Of a stretch of 64,000 nt of DNA, positions 39,501 through 51,500 are shown piece after piece; the stretch's first letter is position 1, and every line of letters starts with the position of its first letter. The stretch comes from Vicugna vicugna (lineage: Eukaryota). The translations under genes and the position numbers were made by a program. Where the stretch lies: positions 2,084,167-2,148,166 of the forward strand of contig MU058451.1 in NCBI GenBank assembly GCA_013265495.1, read 5' to 3'. The notes under the pieces were generated by a model. The model had not been told where the DNA came from, searched no databases, and was given only the letters and a program-made list of their open reading frames with translations.

Positions 39501-42500
39501 AGTATTCAGCAAATGTTTTGTTGGGAAAAGTCAAGCATGTGTTTTCAGTTCCTCTAGTTTCCCATCCACCAAGCTAGTCCCAAGGAAACCACCAGAAGCT
39601 TGTTTCTCTTACCCCAGTAAAACTCCTGCCTGGAGTACACCAGATCCTCAGCCTTATCAGCAAATGAGCCCAGGGAAGAAAAGAGCTGCAAATCATCAGC
39701 TTGCCTGAGAAGGACTCTCTCTGGAATGTAGCTCATCTAATTCTCAGTGCTTACACAGCTGTCCCGTGTCTTTTGTGACATGATTGTAATTTATCCCAAA
39801 TTTTTTCTGGTTTTAGTGAGTGTTGTCCTGCTGCAGTATCCTACATCCTACTGGAAAGTGAAAGTCTACGCTATGACTTTTTTAGGAAGGCAGATGAGTA
39901 AGAAGGGTTAGATAACGTCAGTCACAGACTTATTAGGAATGATGAGTATTGAAATGAGTTTCATGCTGATCTTCACTCTAGTGTCACTTTCTCAGAGAGG
40001 TCATTTCTAAAAGAGCCTACTCCTCTCCCATTATTCCTTGTTCCTAATGCCTTTTTTATTCTTTTTAGCTCTTGTTACTCTGAAGTTATTTATTTATATG
40101 TTTATTACCTGTCCTGCATTATCATTATGAACATAATAAGAATAGAAACTTTGTTTTATTCACTGAGGTATCCTCAGTTTTTAGGCAACTGCCTACACAT
40201 AGTGAATGCTTAATACTTGTTGAATGAATGGATTAAAGATTATAGATGCAAGACATACATAGTGAAGGTGCTGAATGTCAGATTGAGATGTTTGTATGAA
40301 ATTTACTAAGTAGTTACCAGCCACTGTCAGTCTTTGCTTAGAATAACCTGATGAAAATTCTGTTTTAAGAAAGTTTAACAGTAGTACAATTTTCTCACTA
40401 AATATTCACATAATATTTATTGTCAGCATTTTATAAGTGAAAAAACTGAGGCTTAGAAGGGTGAAATAACTTTCAGCACCACACAGATAATACACAATGG
40501 AGTCTGGAATAAACTCCAAAGTCAAGTTTTAAAACCACTAGATTGGATATGATGATGACAAAGAGGAAAGAGTAAAACAGTGACTTCTTAGGTTTGAAGC
40601 CGTGGTGATTGGAAGAGTATTGGGAGAGAAATAACTTCTCAAATGATCCTGTTTCAGATATCTACAAAATACATAACAAAGATTTCAATTAGTATATGGT
40701 AAAATCCAATTTCAGTAAACTAATTTCATGCTCTGTCTTGAGGTTTGTTATATTGCAGTTAAACTTTTAAAATCACTTAAGAATTCTCTTATTGTGACAC
40801 TTTATGTAAAGTTAGCTTATTTCAGCTCTTAAAATCAGGATTTTAGTAGAGAAAAGCTTCAGATGTTTTGTGGACTCATCTAGCTTTTTCTTTTTTTTAA
40901 AGTTGATTTTAATGAGGAAATTAACATAACAAATTAAGTCACTTCCCTAAACTGGTATATACAAGAGTAGTGCCTGGCCCATAGTATACACTCAGTCGAC
41001 ATTTAAAGAAATGTATTTATAAAAACTTAACACCGTAAGGTTCTCTGTAGCTTTCTAAGTTACTTTTTTTCTTTTTTTTGAAAGATGCACAATTTGAAAT
41101 TGATGAACGAATTACACCGTTGGAATCAGCCCTGATGATTTGGGCTTCAATTGAAAAGGAACATGACAAGCTTCATGAAGAAATACAGAATTTAATTAAA
41201 ATTCAGGTATGAATATCACTTTGTATTTATAATTATTACTTTGCTAGAAAATACAAACATAACATTTAAAGAAATTAAGAGCCACTTAATAGAAGTTGGA
41301 TAGGTTTCTATGGTAAAATTTAATGTAATCATTCTCTTTAGAAATTTGACCTTTGGTTTATAGTCTTGACATGTAATCTGAAAGCTGGGACTTAATGTTT
41401 GCTACCTGTGTGCATATTGCCCCCACTTAGGAAAATATATTGAACCTAATTAATGATCACCAAACAGCTTTCAAAAACCAGTTTGTGCTTTCCCATTTAA
41501 AGATTATCAAATGGTGAATGAATGGAATTTTGTGATTAAGAGAATGTCAAATTTTAACTGTATAGAGAGAATTTAGTAGACTTAATAAAGAGTGAGAAGC
41601 CAAGGAAAGTCATTCAAAGGAATAATAGCAGGGATGGTATGTTTTGCTAACAGGCAAAGCAAATACCCAGAATTTTCATAGTTAAATAAACTTTTCCTGA
41701 TTTTTCAAAAAAATGTCATGGTTGAGTAGGAGAAAACAGTCCAGGTAGTATTCCACCTTCTCAAGAATTAATTACTGATAGTGTGGTGACTATCAGGTAG
41801 AATTAAGACCTGAAGAAAGTGGTCAGAAAAATGACTGCTTCTATTAAGAACTTCAACCCAGGCAGAGATATGTCATGTTATCCCAATCTTTTGGAACTCT
41901 AGGGGAAGCAGCCCTTGTGAAAATATGCTCATATAAAATTGAGTGGGGTTACCATAAAAACACATAGCAAACATGTAATAATAAGTTGCTTTCTATTTGC
42001 CAGATACTGTTCTAAGCACTTTCATATATAACTCTTTAATTCTCACACTACCCTAGGAAATAGGTACTTTTATTTTCACCATCGATAAGAAACTGAGGCA
42101 CCAAGAGGTTAAATAGCTTGCCCAGGTTTACAGAGCTACCCACATGATAATGGTGGTCTTGTATCTTACCACATATGGTATCAAAAAGTCCAGTTTATAA
42201 AATGATTATTCAAAAGCATCTGGCTTCCTAGCTTTCTACTAGAAATTTTCCTGGGCTCCTAAGTAGCAAATTTTGTATATTCTAATCATCATAAGTGCTG
42301 TCAGTCTGCCTCCTCTCTCATTTCCCTTTTGCTCAAAATTAGTATTTTGGTGGGCCCTCAATGTACATGGTATAGCTCCTAAGTTATTTATTAACACTTG
42401 TGTTTAATTTGGCCTAAATTACAAAGAGATAGAATGCTGGGCATTTATTAGTAAATATTCGAGGGGCCAATGAAAAATTTTCATATCATTTCAAACAATA

Positions 42501-45500
42501 GTTATTTTATCTCTGAAAAGTATTTTATATCATTTGTCAAGTCAAAATTATTAAATTGCAAAGTAATATTTTAAATGACGTAGTCCAGGGTTATTTCTAT
42601 GTTAAACAATTATTGGATATTTTCAAAAGCAATCTAAGGTATGTATTTGTCATCCTATCTTTTAGGCTATAGCTGTTTGCATGGAAAATGGAAATTTTAA
42701 GGAAGCAGAAGAAGTCTTTGAAAGAATATTTGGTGACCCAAATACTTGTACGGTAATTATTTAAATTAGAATCAGAATTTTAGAGCCATTTATATGGAAT
42801 AAAGAAAATTGAAAGAGAGAACATTGGAGGAGAAAAGAAATGCTTTCTCTTTTAAGTAGTATAGAGGAGTACTGTCCAATAGAAATAAAATGCCAGTCAC
42901 ATATGTGATTTTAAATTTTCTAGGAGCCACATTAAAAGAGTAAAAAACAAAACTAATTTTAGTACCGTTTAACCCAATATATCCAAAAACATCGTTATTT
43001 TTGACAACCAACATAAAAAAGTATTGGTAAACTGATGATTTGCAGCTCTTTTCTTCCCTGGGCTCATTTGCTGATAAGGCTGAGGATCTGGTGTACTCCA
43101 GGCAGGAGTTTTACTGGGGTAAGAGAAACAAGGAAAGCTTCTGGTGGTTTCCTTGGGACTAGCTTGGTGGATGGGAAACTAGAGGAACTGAAAACATGCT
43201 TGACTTTTCCCAACAAAACATTTGCTGAATACTGGGGTGGAAAGGTAGGGAAATCTCCCAGAGTTGCACAGATCTTCAGAAATCAAGTCCCTTTATGAGG
43301 AGGGAGAGCAGGGAGCCTGCCATAAACAAAAGTTTACAAGTTAATATAGCCACTAGCTATACATAATTATTGGGCAGTTAAAGCACAGCTAGTCCAAACT
43401 GAGATGTACTTTAAGTGTAAAATACACACCAGATTCCAAAGACTTACTTGCAAAAAGAAAAAAGAAAGAAAAAAGTGGTAAAATACATCATTAATACATT
43501 TTATATTGATTATAACAGTTTTTTGGTTTTGGCCAGTTTGTTGGTAAACTGGACAGTTTCAATCTGGGCTGGGAGAGAGATGAGGAGCTGAGCAGGCTGC
43601 TTTATCCTCATACTAAAAGACAGTACAGTTGTCCCATGGTGTCTGCCAGGGATTGATTCTAGGACTCCCATTGGATACCAGAAATCCAAGGATGCTCAAG
43701 TTCCTTATATGAAATGGTATAGTATTTGCATATAACCTGTACACATCTTCTCCTATACTTTAAATCATCTCTAGATTGCTTACAATACCTAGTACAATGT
43801 AAATGCTATCTAAATAATTGCCACCATGTGGCAAATTCAAGTTTTGCTTTTTGGAACCTCCTGGAATTTATTCTTCCCAAATATTTTTGAACTGCAGTTG
43901 GTTGAATCCCAAGATTTGAAATCCAGGATACAGAAGGCTGACTGTACAAAAAAGGGAGTGCAAAATATCTCACTAATACTGATTCATGCATTAATATGTT
44001 TCTTCTGTTTTCCTTAGCCTTTAAAAAGGAAACTGCTTATGATAATCTCTCAGAAAGATACATTCCATTCCTTTTTTCAACACTTCAGCTACAACCACAT
44101 GATGGAGAAAATTAAGAGTTATGTGAATTATGTGCTAAATGAAAAATCGTCCACCTTTCTAATGAAGGTATGCATATTTCAGAGAGATTCTAAACGTAGA
44201 CTTAGGAGAAACTGTTACAAGAAAGGAGAATGCTTGAAATAGAAATCCTTAAAAATTAATCAGAATTTTATTTAGTGATTTTATAGAAGAACGTGGCAAA
44301 ATGTTAAAAATAGTGACTCTAAAGGATTTATTGGTGATCTTTGTAATATTTTTATTTTTCAAAATGAAAAGTTGAGGGGAAAACTTACCAAAATAAATTA
44401 GGAAGTAAATGAAAAGAAATAATTCGTTTTAATTTAATTAAATTTAAAAGAAGTTTTTAGCGTATTTTTGAGAAAAGTCAAGTTGGACTGAAGGACAGTT
44501 AAAATTTTTTTTGTATAACATTTTATCCTGTCTTAGCCTCAGAAAGTTTTAACTTAATATGTTATAGTGGAGCATTGATTAATTTGAGGTAGTTTTATTT
44601 TTTAAATACCTGGAATTTTATTTTAAAGTGACATTTTATTCTAAAATTGCCTAGACAGCATTGTGTGTATTAAATACTTTATAAGGAAAGCCCTTCTCCA
44701 TGATGCTTATAAACCAAGTATGCAGCTGATGGTGATGTCATAGTTACTGGGAAATAATAATGCACTGCCCTTTATTGGCCTGTGAACAGATATTTGGTTA
44801 TGACTGTCAAAGAACCAGAAGGCTTAAATGCATTTCTTCCTCTCCCACAACCCCCCTTTTTAAGGCTGCAGCAAAAGTAGTGGAAAGTAAAAGAGCAAGA
44901 ACAACTTCTCAAGATAAATCTAATGGTGATGATGTTGAAATGGAAACTGAAGCTAATTTGGATATAGGAAAAAGGTTTGTGAGTTAATATATTTTTGTCT
45001 TATGGATGTAGTAGCTATATCAAAGTGATGCTAGTGAGCCATTATTAATAAAAATAATTTTTGAGTAGTACGTGTATTGTCTTACTGATGATTAACATTT
45101 TGATATTTCGAAGTACTATAGAGTTACTTCATGGCTTATGCAAATTCTGTTATATATGCTAAGCAAAAGTAGAGAGAAAATAGTACTGTTTAAACAGTGT
45201 AGTCATATTTACCATTCTCAGGGAGCATATGCTCTGGAACAGCGTTGAGGTTGAAAGTGTGACTCCTGTGCCCCTTAGTTCTCAGATCCTACATGCCCTC
45301 ATGTGACTGTTTTACTGGACTGAGGGTTATTCTAATATTTTTAAATATTCATATGTCTTCTCTGAGGGTAAGCTAACTGTTTCATCTGGTTCTGAAACGA
45401 AGAAACTGTGACTTGCTCCAGTGCCAGAGGGCAACAGGCTGTGTCTGTCCTACGTGTTGAGAGACAGGAGTTCAGTCTCCCTGATTATTTCTTGGTGGAG

Positions 45501-48500
45501 GATCAGCGGTAGAGTGCATGCTTAGTAAGCACAGGGTCCTAGGTTCAATCCCCAGTACCTCCATTAAAAATAAATAAATAAACCGAATTACCTCCCCCAA
45601 AAATTAATTTAAAAAATAAACTGTAATAAAATTATTTCTTTAGGAATTGCCAAGGGTAAATTTTACAGGGTTGACTTTTACCTTTTTCTTTAGCTTTAGA
45701 AACTAACCCCTATTGAAGAAGATAAACTCTACCATTTTAAACATTATAAAGTTATTTTCTCTTGAACCTATGGTCCATTTCCTCTATTCATCCATCCTTA
45801 AACCAAAACCAAATAGTCAAATCCTTATGGTCTCTGGATGGATGTATTTGGCAATGGATGTATTATTACTCTAAGTCTTCCATGACTTAAACGCTGCAGG
45901 TCCTCATTTTAACTACTTTTTGAGAGGTGGGGATTCGAGGTTGAGTTGAATGAACATGGTATTGGTCACACTTCAGGACTGAGATCAGTCTCCGTACAGT
46001 TCTTCTTGTCCCTGCCTATCAGAGCTTGATCTGCTTGCTCCTCACTGCTTCATCTCCCCAAGGGCTCTACTGAAGTCTTATTTCTCATTGACTTATTTCT
46101 AAGACCCATTTTGAGATGTAGAGATTTCATTTATATTGGCTCAGTTTTTAGTTATTTCATTTTATTTAGGAAATCAAAGTTTAGTAATACTAAGACCCAG
46201 TACATTCTGTGGCCCAGCCTTGTGCCCAGTGTAGTAGTGCTTTAACATAAAATAAAATTCAAACTTACCGTGATTCTTGTAGATAATGAACATATTTCCT
46301 ATGTACTATTCTAATATAATACTACCCACTTATTTCAAGTGCCCTTCTAGACACATACACAGTTCCATCAGGGTGTGTAAAAACAGAACTCTCGTTCTCA
46401 CGTGTCTCTGTGTACCCTGGCTCTCCTTTACCTCACACATCCAGTTATCTCCCCAAGTGTTAGGAATTTCATCTCAGAAATGCCTCTTTAATGCATTCTT
46501 ATCATCTGTGTCCTGGATTATTACTTAGCTTTGTACCGCACAAATCCACCTTTGACTTGACTTCCAGAGTTAGCTTCCTATAAAAATAAATCTGTTTAAC
46601 TCAGTTCCCAGCTAAATAACTTAATAATTGGTTTTCTGTTTCCTACTTGATGAATAGATTGTATTGCATGGCTTACAAAGCCTTACTTAGCTCCTTTCTG
46701 GTTTTGTTTTCATATACACTTTGTCCCTAAGCATTAACCCCTTCCTGCCCACATACATGGCACTTTCTAGCAATACAACTTCTCTCTGACTTTCAAATAT
46801 TATGAGCTCTTTCAAGCCTTGACTCTGCTTCAGTTTTGAATTTTCTTCTTTTTATTCTCTTCAAGGTAAGATCTCACTTGCCATTCAAGGTCCAGCTCAG
46901 AGATCACCTCTAGAAGTCTTACTGAGTTCTCTGATCAGAGCTGTCACTTCTGTGCTCTCTCAGCACTGAGTCATTCCTCTAGAAAGGACTTATCTTGAAT
47001 AGTAACATATCTGTTTACCTGTTTCTATCTCACTAGATTGAGAATTCTTTGAAGGTTCTTCATTAGCTCTGTATTCTTGGTGCCTAATTCATTACCAGGC
47101 ATACATTAGAACTTACATTGCATTAGACACAGAGAACAAAACCAAACTTAGAGACAAAGTAAAGATCAAGAATCAAGCATATATCAAAACCAGCCTGGGA
47201 ATCAGGGCAAATCATCAAATTCACCAGTTTCAAGGAAAGAATCAGTAGGAGGCAAGTGAAGAAGGATAGAGTTGGAAGTGTGATTTTTGAGGTCAAATGG
47301 CTGGAAAAGATGAAACCCGTCACGTTAACAACACTAGATGAAATACATATTTTGTTCTGATAAAGTTTATAAAGTATTTGAAGCAATAAAAACTATAGAC
47401 TGGAAACAGTAGGAGACATTACATAATTTGTTGTTAAAGTTTATAGAGAGACTCAAATGCTAAGAAGTTGAAATGGACAGCTTCACCCAAGTGTCACCAT
47501 TGAGCTGGCCTTGAAGGATGGTTAAGATTTTTTACAGGTGAATAGAAGACAAAATGTCTTTCCAGGAAAGAGGAATAGTTCCAGTGAAGGCATAGAGGTG
47601 CAAATGGTCGTACTGTGTTTGTTGGAGCTAATTGTAACAATAACAAAGGGGAAGAATTTTATAAGTTCAGTTGGAGACTGCTGGGGAACACAAGAAATTA
47701 AATTTGATTTCACAGTAATATCTGTAAGAGAGTTTTTGAAAAAGTGACGTGAATGCTCAGTTGCAGCATTAACTCTGCTGAACTTATGTTTAGGGAAGCT
47801 TGATTTAATGACTCTGGTAAACACATCTGGGCAAAAATTAGCCATGTTGTAATGGACTGTAAAGGTCCTAATTTTACCGGTGTTTATTTCCAAAGAACTT
47901 TTTATGAATTGAAATATGACTTGACTATATGGAAAGTACTATCTTATGAAAAGTTTCTTCTATTTACATTCTTACAAATGTTTTCTTCTTTTAAAGTGTT
48001 AGTGACAAACAGTCTGCGGTAACTGAATCCTCAGGGGATACAGTATCCTTATTGAGGTGAAGTAAATTGACATTTTATTTTCTCTGTTTTTAAAATCTTT
48101 GAAGCAATTCATGCAAATCTAGATAGGCTATAAAAAGTGCCATGCAGATGGTATGATGTGAAGAATATCTCAGGGTCCTCCTTATTTCAGTAGATTTTTA
48201 AGACCCTGATGATGTGTCTTGAATACCATGCAGTGGAGACCTGCCTCTGGGATCCTGGGTGGTTTCACATCGTTTCTACAAAGAATACACGTGGAGAGAG
48301 TACTTTAACTTAAAGTGATATTTAGTAAACTCTCACTCTGTCAGAAACAAGGATATGATGCTGGGGCAGGAAGGGAATGGAGGTTTCATTTCTGATGAAT
48401 GTCCCAAATTCTTACCTCATCAGATTGCTTAAAAGACACTATAGCTTACTAGAAATGCTATGACAGACAGTATAACATGTTCAGAGATCAAAAAGTCTGC

Positions 48501-51500
48501 CTGAATGATTTCCGAGGGTAGCACAGTTGGGATGCTAAATGAACCATGGCAAGGGGTGGCTGACTTGGTGTGAAGGAGGTCACTGGAAATGAGTTGACAG
48601 GCCAGGATGTTATATGGTTTATCCATGAAAACACTGAAATAATTCATGGAAATGGCAGTACTTGGGGGTAGAGAAAGATTTGTGAATGGTGGGAAGTGTT
48701 TGGAAGGATAGTGAATGATTCTGGAGCATGGTAGATGGTGATACACTCCTGTGGCATGAATCCTCACAGGCTAAGATTTCTATGGAAACAGGATCCTGAA
48801 AGTGGCATAAATTAAGAAATGAAAAGTATAGAGAGCCATCCCGAGCCATCCCTGGGACCCTGCAGTTCATGGAAGGTGGAAGATGAAGCTAATCTCTACT
48901 TGAGGAGGTCACAAGAGAGAGAGAAGTACTGTCCACAGGGGAGAGCTAAACTTTAGACAAGGCGAAGAGGTGAAGAGGTTGAGAATGGCATTCCAGAGGA
49001 CGCAGTAGCAAGCTTTGGAAGGGAGGGCAGGCACCAGCAGGTCACGTAGAGCACTCGTGGGAGCAAAGGTGTAGGTTTCCGGTGGTGATGAAATAGCTGC
49101 CTAAGCTTAGGTGAGCTGCTTCTTTCACTTCAGTTTACTTCTTTATAAAACGGGAATAATACCAAGTTTGCAAGGTTGTCAGAAAATTCTGCCACATCCT
49201 GTATGTCCAAACAATTTTAACCTTTCAAAAAGGCCCTATTTGGAATCTAAAGATAAACAGGTGATACCTGCCATCATTTATAAAGGAATTTGAGGATTTC
49301 TCTAATTGGAAGACCAAAAGAATCTTAATTTCTAAGTAGATGAGATGGAGAAAATAAGTGATGGGAGAGAGGGAAGTCTGACAACAAGTATCTTAGAGGC
49401 CGGAGATTAAGGTGGATACTAAGCAAGGAGAGCACCGAAGGAAGCAGGCCAAAGTAGAAAGAGGTCCTAGACAGAGATGGAGACAAACCATCTACCTTTT
49501 TTCCATAACTTTTCTACTCTTTGCAGAACAAATGACAAGCTTTCATGTTTCATTTAGGTCTCACAAAAATCTCTTATCTAAGTTGAAACGTGGAAGCCAA
49601 CAACAAGATATTAATAAGAAAGAGGAAAGAGGGGAAACTCTTCAGAGTAAGTACACTCACTACAGTTTTGGGAGTGGAGACTTGATGTGTCCTTGAAAGT
49701 AATCCAACCCTTGACCTCACACCACAGCACACAGACATACTTCAGAAAACGAAAGCACAAAGAGATTAATAAATGTCATGACTTCACGGAGTTAACTAGA
49801 GGTGGTACCAATTTAAAAAGTTAGCTCTTCTGACTGCCTAGCTTAGCGTGCTTTTGCCATACTTACCTTAACTCTATTTGGCAACTTAGGCTAGTTCTTT
49901 ACCTGAAACAAAATGTAATTGATTCTTTTTATTTTTTGCAATGTTCCGTTAAGTCATCATGACACTTAATCAGTGAATCCAGAACAATTACAGAGGAATA
50001 CCGGGTTGGGTTCTTTTGAGCCTCTGGTTACATTTTTATCAACTATTCAATAAATAACCTTGTTTTATGTGTTTCTGTTTAAAGACACTTTATTTAATAT
50101 AAGTTGTTGATTCATTAACATTGAACTCATGGCCAACACCACTATAACTCATGCCTGAATGAAGCTTATGTAACACACATTTTCTCTGCAAGGAACTTTG
50201 TATATAGCCTTCTTCCACTTAGGAACACTAGAGGGGACTTCCACAATACACTTGGGGGCCATTTTAAACAGCAAAGTTTCCCCAGAAAAGTACAAAAATA
50301 TGGCACTAAGTAGACTGTAAAAAGAACAGTTATTTCTAGGGTGGAAGCTGAAACAGGAAAGCAGAGTTTCACCTTGTTTGACCTCAGCTGGGAACATGCA
50401 CGTTGGGTAACTCAGCTCAAATTTTTTGCCACTCTCTGCATGTCTACCAGTGACCACAAAAACACTGCAAGTGTTGATTTTTGAGTTACAGCTTTTAGCT
50501 AGTAGGTGAATTTGCAAATACCAGGATCCATGAAAATAATGAGGATTGACTGTATATAGAATCTGGCTACCCTCCTCATTGCATTTATAATTTATTATCC
50601 TTACAAAAGGCATGGCTGGATTTAAAAAACAAGCAACAATAACCCAAACAAAAAAATCTTAGAAGTGGTCCCTAATTATTTTCTATTATAATTTGATTAT
50701 AAGTTCCTCCTTAGTATATCATGCAATAAATGTCTATTGAACTCATTCTGTGTCTAATGCAGGGATTTTTAAAGCTTACTGATTCGAATCTAAATACTTA
50801 CTGATCAATATAAAAATAACAGATTACCAATCTGATGACAGGCTCATAGTAGGTCTGCAGTAAATAATAATTGAAAAACTTTATTCATAGCTGATGGCTG
50901 ATGATAGGGCCGCTGTTAGCTATTACGTGTAAGTTACAGTTCTAAAACATTTATACCCATAGATATTATCATCATCCTCACTTTAAAGATAGTAAAGTTA
51001 AATTCAAAGAAATATTTGCTTCATGTTGGAGTTCCTAGCTGCAAAACGGCTAGGAATCATAATTCTAAACTAAAATGGAGATTTTCCTGCATTTGTAATT
51101 TCATCATACAAAATTCAAAGAAATGGAAGCTACACCTTTCTGCACTCTTGAAGATCAGTAGTTAAACTGATGAAGACCATAATTTTATCGGAGAGTGTCT
51201 TAACGGTGACTATAGATAAGCCTAGAAGATCTTGTGAGTTTTAGTACATTTCTTAACTTTTTGTTAGATATTAGTAATATATACATCTGTGTTACAAAAA
51301 ATTCCATGTTGTTTAAATGGTGCCCAGGTATCCTCTTGTTACTAATAGAGGGTATCAGTTTTGTTTGTGCTAAACATTTAAAAAAAATTTTTAAACATCT
51401 TTAAAATTTTTTTTTTCAGATTTGTAAAATCACCATAGACTTTAAGAAAGAAACAAGTAATTAGAAAAGTTGAAAGAAAAAAGATCACATAAATTCTTTC

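Noticed and set aside
39349..43298. Shared peptide [17 protein letters not shown] in opposite-strand ORFs as a duplicated small gene
   Set aside because: It is a by-product of the inverted repeat; indels break the frame between the copies.
50149..50613. 154-aa ORF as an active transposase
   Set aside because: It lies in a degenerate non-autonomous MER82, with no catalytic domain.
51420..51457. Possible extra exon in intron 8 after a strong ttttttttcag acceptor
   Set aside because: It reads an immediate in-frame stop (AAT TTG TAA), the donor is weak, and there is no other support.
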